NCBI GenBank assembly: GCA_902798815.1 | Contig: CADBYH010000005.1 | Span: 1-63,648 of the forward strand | Direction of reading: 5' to 3' | DNA: 63,648 nt | From: an uncultured Erysipelotrichaceae bacterium | Lineage (GTDB): Bacteria > Bacillota_I > Bacilli_A > RF39 > UBA660 | In this document: piece after piece, positions 1 to 7,953 of the stretch | Layout: each line of letters begins with the position of its first letter | Position numbering within the stretch: the first letter of the stretch is position 1 | The notes under the pieces: model-generated | Databases searched by the model: none | Told to the model about the DNA's origin: nothing | The model's input: only the letters and a program-made list of their open reading frames with translations | Made by a program: the position numbers and the translations under genes

Positions 1-207
1 TCACTTTGTGAAATCTTTTTGGCATGGGATAATTTCCAATTTCAAACAAACTATTAAAAATTTCAAAATTACTATTGACTTTTAATAGTTAGTCACCTCG
101 AATCAAAGATAATTATATCATATTATAAAGCCATCTATTCAAAAATAAAATGGAAGATATAGTCAAAATAATGAATACTTTGTACTAATCTTTTTAATTT
201 TTTCAAA

Positions 208-231
208 AAAATAGAACCTAAAATAGAACCT
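208..231. repeat. Tandem 12-bp direct repeat AAAATAGAACCT x2, putative integrase arm-type site of a further element extending left of the window
   Basis: Perfect repeat about 100 bp left of core 314-323; same position and 12-bp period as the repeats at 6325/6337 and 7205/7217. Confidence 0.55.
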
Positions 232-292
232 AAATTATAATATTTTAAGTCTTAAATTTCTAAACCCATTGATATATAAAGATATAAAAAGT

Positions 293-323
293 GACCTAGT
301 CTCACGACTAGGTCTTCAGGGGG
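293..323 (-). repeat. att-like site 1: core CTTCAGGGGG (314-323) with abutting terminator hairpin
   Basis: Stem GACCTAGTC/GACTAGGTC with 4-nt loop and T-tract on minus strand; identical 10-bp core at 6421 and 7307. Confidence 0.75.
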
Positions 324-470
324 AAATCTTAATATCAGTTCGTAACAATTTAGTAATTGTCTAAATTCTTATAAAATAAGGCTTTTTAATTTTCTTAAAT
401 TTACTAAAGTTTATTAAAATAACTTTATTTTTTGCAATTAGTATCTGGATTTGGTATCTGAAAAACAAAA

Positions 471-527
471 ATGACACTATGACAATTTGTAAATACCTCA
501 CAAGTACTTATTATGTCATAGTGTCAT
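471..527 (-). terminator. Probable terminator of the ABC operon (14-bp inverted repeat, 29-nt loop)
   Basis: ATGACACTATGACA (471-484) / TGTCATAGTGTCAT (514-527), followed by T-tract on minus strand, just past the permease stop. Confidence 0.55.
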
Positions 528-563
528 ATATCATTTAATTTTACTTTTAAAAATATATTTTAA

Positions 564-2906
564 TTATTCACCTATTAATAAATTATATGGTTCTATTTTT
601 CTAATTTTTAATGACATTAAAATTGTAGAAATAACAGATATACTAATTATAAATAAAGCAGATATTATTGATAAATCCATAGGTATAACCATTGTACATT
701 TCATTATACCAAATGGTCTCATATTAAATCCAATATATGGATTTGTAATAAAGTAAGAAATGATTGTACCAATTAATGTAGCAATTATTATTATTGGCAT
801 AAACGCTAAGACATTTTGAATTACTAAATCTGTTGTTTTGTATCCTAGCGCTTTTAAAATACCATATTCATATCTTCTATCATATATCATTGATTTCATA
901 AGTAGATATAATACTAACACTATAATACATCCAGATATAATAGAAATTACTATTACCATTAAGTTAGCAATGCCAACAAAAGTAGACAATTGGCTTTTTA
1001 TTAATTCTTGAAAATCTACTGTAGTAATTATTTTATCACCATACTTTGCATTATATTTATCAATTATTTTACTTGCTTTTAAATTAGAATCAAAATAATA
1101 TACTGAACTAACTTCATCAATATTAATTAATTGTTTAGCTCCATCATATGATAATATTGCTTCACGTCCCGAATTATTTGTAGTTTGAATAAAACCAGTT
1201 ATTAAATATGAGTATTTTTTATTACCAACTTGATATTCTATTTCATCACCGATATTATATCCATTTTCTTTAGCATATTTACCTGATATAGCAACTTCAT
1301 TATCATGTTTAGGATGTCTTCCTTTATAACAATTATCTTTATTGTTAATTTTAGAAGTATCTTCTAATATATAAACTACAAATGGTGAAAAATCTTTATC
1401 ATGCATCATATAACTAGTTAGATATTTAAAATCCTTAATATCTTTATCATTTTTTAAATCATTTACAAACTCTTCTTTTATATCATTATCTACTGAAACT
1501 ATGCCATCAGCTATTTCAAATGTTAATAAAGAAAGTTTTGGTTCTCTACTAAAGTTTTGATACATAGTTACTGAAGCAACCATTAAGAAACATAAGAATA
1601 TTATAGTTATGAAACTAATTATATTTTGCTTAATATTTTTAAACATGTTTTTTAAAGATAAACTGGTATTAATAGATAATTTTGATTTATCTAGTTGAAT
1701 ATGATTTTTCTTAAAATTATGATTTTCAATTCCATCTCTTAATGCGATAATTGGTTCTATTTTTTTTATTTTCCTAATTGATATCATTACAACAAATAAT
1801 ACAAATAAGCTAATAACAATTAAAGTAATTAATGTTGAGGCTATATTAAATTTTAGATTATATGGAATACCAGATTGTGCAATTAACATATTAGTTATTA
1901 TTGGCATAAATAAGTATCCACATATAATACCTAAAACTAAACCTATTATTGTTAATATTCCAAATTGAAATAATAATGATTTTTTTAAATCTTTTGTTGT
2001 ATACCCCATAGCTTTTAAAGCACCTAAATTTTTCATATTTTCTTTAATATAATTTGAAATATTATTAAAGATCATAAGCATAACTATTCCAATAATAATT
2101 ATTACTGTCATAATAAATGAGGCAAAGAATATCATTGAAAGAAATGTTCTTGATTCTATTGTTGTATTTAATGGTGCTACTATTGTTTCAATATTTTTAT
2201 CAATAAATATTTCTCTTACAATCTTATTTGATTCTTTTAGTATAGATGTATCTTTAAAATTTTCTTTATAATTAATATATAAAGTAAATGATTTTGAAGT
2301 TGGATTATCATTTTCAATTTTAGCATAATCTTCATCACTTATAAGCATATGATATTGATTCATGTTATATGATCCACCATAAATAGTATTAATATATCCT
2401 TTTACTTTAAAACTATATGTATTTGTTGGAAATTTTATTTCGTAAGTATCCCCTATATTTATACCTCCTCCAGTATGGATATGGTAAGGTATATAAATAT
2501 AGTTATCTATAATGCTTGTATCTTCTTCAATTATTTCTACTTTAGATATATTTCTATTTAAAGCCTCACTTTTAATAAAATTAACGTATGGAGTAATTTC
2601 TCCTTCATTAAATTTTATTGATGTTTGAACAAATAAATCTTCAGTATATAAATAATCAGAAACACTATCTGGAATAATACTATCAATATATTCTTTGGTA
2701 ATATTGCCTGCATTACCTGATGAATATATTGCAGCATCTGATGCATTTAATCTTTCAGCTTCTTTATACGAACTTTTTTGAAAATCAAAAACTAATAAGC
2801 ATGATACACAAAGAAAGATTGCACCTATAAGTATTAACAAAGCAATACAAATAGATAGTCCTTTATTCTTTCTTAAATTAGATTTAGCTAGTAATATACT
2901 TTTCAT
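564..2906 (-). CDS. ABC transporter permease, FtsX/MacB-like, two repeated halves
   Basis: Two sets of TM helices with GxLKAxGY motifs and large extracellular domains; follows ATPase gene. Confidence 0.9.
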   Translation of the reverse strand: MKSILLAKSNLRKNKGLSICIALLILIGAIFLCVSCLLVFDFQKSSYKEAERLNASDAAIYSSGNAGNITKEYIDSIIPDSVSDYLYTEDLFVQTSIKFNEGEITPYVNFIKSEALNRNISKVEIIEEDTSIIDNYIYIPYHIHTGGGINIGDTYEIKFPTNTYSFKVKGYINTIYGGSYNMNQYHMLISDEDYAKIENDNPTSKSFTLYINYKENFKDTSILKESNKIVREIFIDKNIETIVAPLNTTIESRTFLSMIFFASFIMTVIIIIGIVMLMIFNNISNYIKENMKNLGALKAMGYTTKDLKKSLLFQFGILTIIGLVLGIICGYLFMPIITNMLIAQSGIPYNLKFNIASTLITLIVISLFVLFVVMISIRKIKKIEPIIALRDGIENHNFKKNHIQLDKSKLSINTSLSLKNMFKNIKQNIISFITIIFLCFLMVASVTMYQNFSREPKLSLLTFEIADGIVSVDNDIKEEFVNDLKNDKDIKDFKYLTSYMMHDKDFSPFVVYILEDTSKINNKDNCYKGRHPKHDNEVAISGKYAKENGYNIGDEIEYQVGNKKYSYLITGFIQTTNNSGREAILSYDGAKQLINIDEVSSVYYFDSNLKASKIIDKYNAKYGDKIITTVDFQELIKSQLSTFVGIANLMVIVISIISGCIIVLVLYLLMKSMIYDRRYEYGILKALGYKTTDLVIQNVLAFMPIIIIATLIGTIISYFITNPYIGFNMRPFGIMKCTMVIPMDLSIISALFIISISVISTILMSLKIRKIEPYNLLIGE

Positions 2907-2907
2907 A

Positions 2908-3663
2908 TTACCACCCCATCTTAATTAAGAAGTCAGATAATTTTTGATGACGTTCTTTATCATTTGGAATATATTTTCCTAAATTACATTCACCAACTAT
3001 TTCACCATCTTTTAGGTAAATAATTCTATTTCCTCTTCTTGCACTTTTAATATCATGTGTAACCATAACAATAGATTGTCCTTTGTTATTAAATTCTGTT
3101 AGAGTATCTAAAACATCTTTTCCAGTTTTAGAGTTAAGTGCTCCTGTTGGTTCATCTGCAAAAACAAGTTTAGGATTATTAATTAAAGCTCTTGCTATTC
3201 CTACTCTTTGAGCTTCTCCACCAGATAATTGTGTTGGAAATTTAGTCCATAATTCTTCTTTTATATCTACTTTCTTTAATATTTCTTTAGCATTCTTTAC
3301 TACTTCTTTTTTATTATTATTAACAAGAAGTCCTGATACTAACACATTATCAAGTACACTCATAGAATCTATTAAATAAGTCTGTTGAAATACAAATCCA
3401 CAGTTTTTTCTTCTAAATTGAGCTAATTTATCAATAGTCATTTTAGTTATTTCTTTATTATTAAATGATATTTGACCTAATGTAGGTTTATCCATACCTG
3501 ATAGTGTATATAAAAGTGTCGATTTACCTGCTCCTGATGCTCCCATTATAATTGTATAATCACCTTCATATATTTCTAAATCTATATTTTTAAGTACATG
3601 TTGTTGTAATCCACCATTTGAAAATGTTTTACATAATTTTTTTGTTTCTATTATATTTCCCAT
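2908..3663 (-). CDS. ABC transporter ATP-binding protein (LolD/MacB-like)
   Basis: Walker A GASGAGKST, LSGGE, ADEPTGALN, VTHD; start moved to ATG 3663 behind AGGGAGAG. Confidence 0.93.
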   Translation of the reverse strand: MGNIIETKKLCKTFSNGGLQQHVLKNIDLEIYEGDYTIIMGASGAGKSTLLYTLSGMDKPTLGQISFNNKEITKMTIDKLAQFRRKNCGFVFQQTYLIDSMSVLDNVLVSGLLVNNNKKEVVKNAKEILKKVDIKEELWTKFPTQLSGGEAQRVGIARALINNPKLVFADEPTGALNSKTGKDVLDTLTEFNNKGQSIVMVTHDIKSARRGNRIIYLKDGEIVGECNLGKYIPNDKERHQKLSDFLIKMGW

Positions 3664-3688
3664 AAAACTCTCTCCCTTTACAACATAC

Positions 3689-3743
3689 ATAGTACGCTAT
3701 TTTTTCTTAAATAACTTTAATTAATTCTTAAATATTTCTTAAA
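3689..3743 (-). promoter_or_regulatory. Response-regulator-dependent promoter of the ABC operon: tandem TTTAAG repeats and -10 TACTAT
   Basis: Minus strand TTTAAG-aaata-TTTAAG-aatta-ATTAAA-gtta-TTTAAG-11nt-TACTAT; 10-11 bp period typical of OmpR-family boxes. Confidence 0.65.
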
Positions 3744-4989
3744 TAATACGAATATAAATAGTTACAATAAACCCTGGATTAGCATTACTAAGCTCTAATT
3801 TACCATTCATATTATCCATAAAATAATTAGCTAGATGAAGTCCTAATCCTGCGCCATCTTTGTCTTTTACATCTCTTCCTCTTTTATATTTTTCTTTTAA
3901 TAAAGGTAAATCTAATTCATTTACTCCATTACCATAATCTCTAAAACTAATAATTAAGTATTCTTCTTCTTTTTCTATATTAATATCTATCTTTGTATTA
4001 GCATATTTATATGAATTATTAATTATATTATCTAATGTTTGTTGCATACGTATTTTATCTATATAAATATTACAATTAGGAACCTTATAATCATTTAGTT
4101 TATTTAGATAGTCAGCATTTTTAATTAAATTATTTAAAATATCAGAACTATAATTAGAAGGATTTACATCAATCTCTGTTATATCATTAATACTAGAATT
4201 AAATAAATTATCTACTAATATTTTTATTTGATCTGTTTTTATATTTATTTGATTAAAATAATTTTTAATATCTTTATCTTTTGTTTTTTCATAACCTATT
4301 TCTGATGTTGATTTAATAGAAGCAATTGGTGTTTTTATATCATGAGATAATTTAGATACCATTTCTTTTTTAGCATCATTTGCATTTTTTTCATTTATTC
4401 TAGCTTTTTTTAGTTCACTTCTCATTAAATCAAATGCTTCAGTAAATCCTCCAAATACATGTTTTTTATCCATATATAATGGAATATCTAAATTACCATC
4501 TGCTACTCTTACTGCAAATTTATTTAGATCATTAAATGGTTTTATAATATTTCTATTTATATATATTGAATATATTATTAATAAAAGTATTTGAATTATA
4601 AACATTATAAATACAGTAATAAATATATAATTCTTATAATTATTTATTAATTCATTAGTATTATTTTTTATAAGTATTTTACCTACTACTATATCATTAA
4701 TTTTTAAATCAAGAATAATGTCATTATTCTTAATTGCATCATTTAAAGAATTAGATTCAGATTGTTTTGTCTTATATATTAATTTATCATTAGTATCAAT
4801 TATTGAATAATCTAATATTTTACAATAATTATCTTCATCATTATAATTTTCCTCTACTTCTTTTACACATTCATTTACTTTTACTATATCTTGGTTAACG
4901 CTTTCTATTCTTTCACATAAAAATGTACATATAAATATTTCCATAAGAAAAGTAAAAATAAATAAGATTATAATTGTTTTTCTTCTCAT
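3739..4989 (-). CDS. Sensor histidine kinase (HAMP, HisKA, HATPase)
   Basis: SHDIKTP H-box, NIINNSYKY N-box, DYGNG, GAGLGL; two TM segments. Confidence 0.93.
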   Translation of the reverse strand: MRRKTIIILFIFTFLMEIFICTFLCERIESVNQDIVKVNECVKEVEENYNDEDNYCKILDYSIIDTNDKLIYKTKQSESNSLNDAIKNNDIILDLKINDIVVGKILIKNNTNELINNYKNYIFITVFIMFIIQILLLIIYSIYINRNIIKPFNDLNKFAVRVADGNLDIPLYMDKKHVFGGFTEAFDLMRSELKKARINEKNANDAKKEMVSKLSHDIKTPIASIKSTSEIGYEKTKDKDIKNYFNQINIKTDQIKILVDNLFNSSINDITEIDVNPSNYSSDILNNLIKNADYLNKLNDYKVPNCNIYIDKIRMQQTLDNIINNSYKYANTKIDINIEKEEEYLIISFRDYGNGVNELDLPLLKEKYKRGRDVKDKDGAGLGLHLANYFMDNMNGKLELSNANPGFIVTIYIRII

Positions 4990-5666
4990 TTACTTTCACC
5001 TTCAAACTTATATCCTTCTTTCCAAACGGTAGTAATATATTTTGGATTATTTGGATCTATTTCAATTGCTTCCCTTATTTTTCTTATGTGAACATTAAGT
5101 GTTCCATCTCCTGTAAACTTATCTTGCCAAACATTATCAAATAGTTCATCTTTTGTAACTAATCTATTTGAATTATTTATTAAATATGTTAATAATTTAT
5201 ATTCTAAACTAGTTAGTTTAACTAAATTATCTTTTAAATATACTTCTTTATTTTGAAAGTCAACTCTTAAATTACCATCATTAAATTCTTTTAGGTCTTC
5301 CTTTTTAAATCTTTTTAACATTACTTTTACTTTCGCAAGTAAAACTCCAAGTGAATATGGTTTTTCTATATAATCATCCCCACCTATATTTAAAGCAATT
5401 ATTTTATCATCATCTGTATTTCTTGCTGATATAAATAAAATAGGAATATCTTTTTCTTTACGTAATTGCTTACATAAATCAAAACCCGATCCATCTTGTA
5501 GATTAATATCTAAAAGTATTAGTGATGCATCATTACTTTCAAAAAAAGCATTACACTCACTTTTACTATAACAGGCATATGTATTAATGTTAAACATATT
5601 TAAATATTCACAAGTATTATCCGCAAGTTCTTTTTCATCATCTACTATTAGACAATCATATTTCAT
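4986..5666 (-). CDS. OmpR-family response regulator
   Basis: IVDDE, LLDINL, ISAR, DYIEKP receiver motifs; winged helix VHIRKIREAIE...YITTVWKEGY. Confidence 0.95.
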   Translation of the reverse strand: MKYDCLIVDDEKELADNTCEYLNMFNINTYACYSKSECNAFFESNDASLILLDINLQDGSGFDLCKQLRKEKDIPILFISARNTDDDKIIALNIGGDDYIEKPYSLGVLLAKVKVMLKRFKKEDLKEFNDGNLRVDFQNKEVYLKDNLVKLTSLEYKLLTYLINNSNRLVTKDELFDNVWQDKFTGDGTLNVHIRKIREAIEIDPNNPKYITTVWKEGYKFEGESK

Positions 5667-6245
5667 AGAATCACTCCCTTAAAATTACATTTTTTTATTA
5701 ATACATTACTAACAGCAATTACTGTGCAAGAATAAATTAATACAAATAATGAATCAGAAAAATTTAATAATTTCAATTCATTTGCATATAGAATACTGTT
5801 TAGAACAAAATGAAAAACTATACTAATAATAAGAAAACTAATATTCTTTTTTTGAAAGAAATAAAATCTAAATAAGTTAAACAAAGAAGTGCAACTAATG
5901 ATATCAATCGAGATATAATTAATAGTAATCCACTACCAAAACTAGATATTAGAACAATTGAACTTCCTATATCAAAAACTGTATGAAATATTCCTCTACT
6001 GAGACCAAACCATTTTGTTAAAAATTTATTATGATCTTTTTTTTATACATTTTTCATTACAAAATAATAACCGCATCCTTCAGAAATTGCTTGTATAATT
6101 CCAACAATGATGCATAAAACAATCAAATGATTATTAAAAATTGTTTTTAATGGCGAATATATCAATATTGCTTGTATAGGTTGCGGTAATAACAATCCAA
6201 ACGTTACTAAACTAATAACTCCTAAAAAAAGTATTTTTTATTCAT
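5663..6245 (-). pseudogene. Disrupted paralog of the YhfC-like membrane protein at 6566-7132
   Basis: ATG 6245 with RBS AAGGTGTG; collinear with intact copy but -1 frameshift in run 6224-6230, in-frame TAA 6043-6045, -1 frameshift in run 5847-5853; EE motif reads EG. Confidence 0.8.
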
Positions 6246-6401
6246 TTTTATCACACCTTATAACCATTATAACATATTATCCTTAAAACTTATCTCACTT
6301 TAAAAAATAGAAATAAATTTGGTTTGGATAGGTAGCTAGATGAATAAAACTCTATATAAATATTAAAATTTTGTTTTTTTATAAAATAAGACAAAAAAAA
6401 T

Positions 6402-6430
6402 GATAGGCCATAAGGCCTATCTTCAGGGGG
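6402..6430 (-). repeat. att-like site 2: core CTTCAGGGGG (6421-6430) with abutting terminator hairpin
   Basis: Stem GATAGGCC/GGCCTATC with 4-nt loop and T-tract on minus strand. Confidence 0.75.
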
Positions 6431-7316
6431 CGCACATTAGATCCTCCACTGTATTTTTTGATTTTCCATAATTCGTTATAAAATAAGGACTTTTTCCATT
6501 TGTCAAAAATTAGTTTTCCACTACATTTTACCCCTTTGGGTAGGTAATTTGGGTAGGTAAAATTACTATAAATTCTTTTTTATTAAAACTCTACTTACTA
6601 GAATTACTATACATGAATAAACTAGTACAAATATTGAATCAGAAAAATTAAATAATTTTAATTCATTTGCATATAGAATACTGTTTAGAACAAAATGAAA
6701 AACTATACTAATAATAAGAAAACTAATATTCTTTTTTTTGAAAGAAATAAAATCTAAATAAGTTAATTGAACAAGTGCAACTAATGAAATTAATCTTGAA
6801 ATAACTATAAGAAATCCATTACCAAAACTTGTGATCAAAATCATTGCACTAGCAATATCAAAAATTGTATGAAGTACTCCTCTACCTAAACCGAACCATT
6901 TTGATAAACAATCACTATGATCTTTTGTATATATTTTTTTCATAACAGAATAATAACCACATTCCTCAGAAATAGCCTGAATAATTCCAACAATTATACA
7001 TAGAATAACCAAATGGTTATTAAAAAAACTATTTAATGGAGTATATACCAGTAAAGCTTGTATTGGTTGTGGTATAAGAAATCCAAATATTATAAGACTA
7101 ATAATTCCTATAAAAAAGTATTTTTTCTTCATTTATATCACCAACTATAATAATTATACCATATTATTTCTAAAGCCTTTACAAAAATGGAAAAACTTTC
7201 ATTTTGGGTAGGTAGCTGGGTAGGTAAAATTTTTGATATTTTTCTATAATTCTCAGATTCCATTATAAAATAAAGGAATAAAAAAAAGTGGACCTCTATC
7301 GAGGTCCTTCAGGGGG
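6421..7316. mobile_element. Single-gene islet/cassette B (886 bp core to core)
   Basis: Direct core repeats at both ends; TGGGTAGGTA x2 inside each end (6537/6550 and 7205/7217); one cargo ORF; no integrase. Confidence 0.7.
6566..7132 (-). CDS. YhfC/PrsW-like intramembrane glutamic protease family protein
   Basis: Multi-TM; QAISEE, FGLGRG and FHFVLN motifs resemble YhfC family motifs. Confidence 0.6.
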   Translation of the reverse strand: MKKKYFFIGIISLIIFGFLIPQPIQALLVYTPLNSFFNNHLVILCIIVGIIQAISEECGYYSVMKKIYTKDHSDCLSKWFGLGRGVLHTIFDIASAMILITSFGNGFLIVISRLISLVALVQLTYLDFISFKKKNISFLIISIVFHFVLNSILYANELKLFNFSDSIFVLVYSCIVILVSRVLIKKNL

Positions 7317-7381
7317 TTCGGTTGAATATACTCTAACATTAAACCGTTAGAGATATCGGCATGATATTTTTTCTATCATGC
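7280..7381 (-). ncRNA. Putative ~100-nt small RNA (two hairpins, C-rich linker, terminator); apparent integration target
   Basis: Promoter upstream; hairpins GCATGATA/TATCATGC and CTCTAAC/GTTAGAG; unpaired CAACCGAACCCCCTGAA; terminator GGACCTC/GAGGTCC plus T-run; no ORF. Confidence 0.7.
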
Positions 7382-7387
7382 ACCTTA

Positions 7388-7416
7388 ATCATAAATGATA
7401 ATTATAGAATTGTCAA
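7388..7416 (-). promoter_or_regulatory. Sigma-A type promoter TTGACA-17-TATGAT for the small RNA
   Basis: -35 at 7416-7411, -10 at 7393-7388; predicted +1 at 7381 is the first base of hairpin 1. Confidence 0.75.
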
Positions 7417-7814
7417 TTGCATTTATTAAAAACATCAAAAACTTTACAATTTTTATTTTTTATTAATTGTTTGCAATTTTCTTGTTCCTTTTTTTCTAAA
7501 ATATACTTATTACCAAGTCTAATAAGTTTATCAAAAGTTGGTTCATCCCATAATTTCTTTTCTATTTCATTATCTCCTCTATATCCATTCCTACTAAAGT
7601 AATCTAATTCTTCTAAATATTTAAATCTAGGTACCTCATAAACAAAATGATAATATTCTAAACATATACTTGGATATAACTCTTTTATCTCACTTATATC
7701 ATATCCATCTAATATTTTTTCAACAACCTCCTCTAGTAAATCTATAAAGTACTTTGCACCTACAATCTTTACATCAAATCCATTTTCCTTTAAAAATTTC
7801 TTATATTCAATCAT
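7413..7814 (-). CDS. Hypothetical protein resembling a stand-alone Spo0A C-terminal domain
   Basis: FLKENGFDVKIVGAKY...IKELYPSI resembles Spo0A_C (IHEIGVPAHIKGYxY...TKxLYPxIA); recognition helix region not conserved; RBS GAGAGGAG. Confidence 0.4.
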   Translation of the reverse strand: MIEYKKFLKENGFDVKIVGAKYFIDLLEEVVEKILDGYDISEIKELYPSICLEYYHFVYEVPRFKYLEELDYFSRNGYRGDNEIEKKLWDEPTFDKLIRLGNKYILEKKEQENCKQLIKNKNCKVFDVFNKCN

Positions 7815-7842
7815 TATTATTCTCCTCTCATTCTTTGAATTT

Positions 7843-7849
7843 TGTCGAA
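7843..7849 (+). promoter_or_regulatory. Perfect Spo0A box TGTCGAA
   Basis: Exact consensus about 30 bp upstream of the Spo0A_C-like ORF; a single 7-mer could be chance. Confidence 0.4.
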
Positions 7850-7953
7850 AAAAAACTACGAAATAAAAATCTTTTCGTGTTTTTACTACCTATATAACTA
7901 TTCTATTAAACCCACCGAGAAACAATGATATCAAATAATAACTAGTTTGTCAA

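Larger units (their letters stand above)
314..6430. mobile_element. Integrase-less genomic islet A (~6.1 kb; YhfC-like pseudogene, two-component system, ABC exporter)
   Basis: Bounded by direct core repeats at 314-323 and 6421-6430; arm-like repeats inside both ends (GTATCTG at 441/454; decayed TGGATAGGTA/TAGATGAATA at 6325/6337); no recombinase ORF. Confidence 0.6.

Noticed and set aside
1-100. Gene start at the left edge
   Set aside because: RBS-like GAGGTGA is not followed by an open frame; too little sequence to call
5663-5884. 73-aa ORF as an independent gene
   Set aside because: It is the 3' fragment of the frameshifted YhfC-like copy
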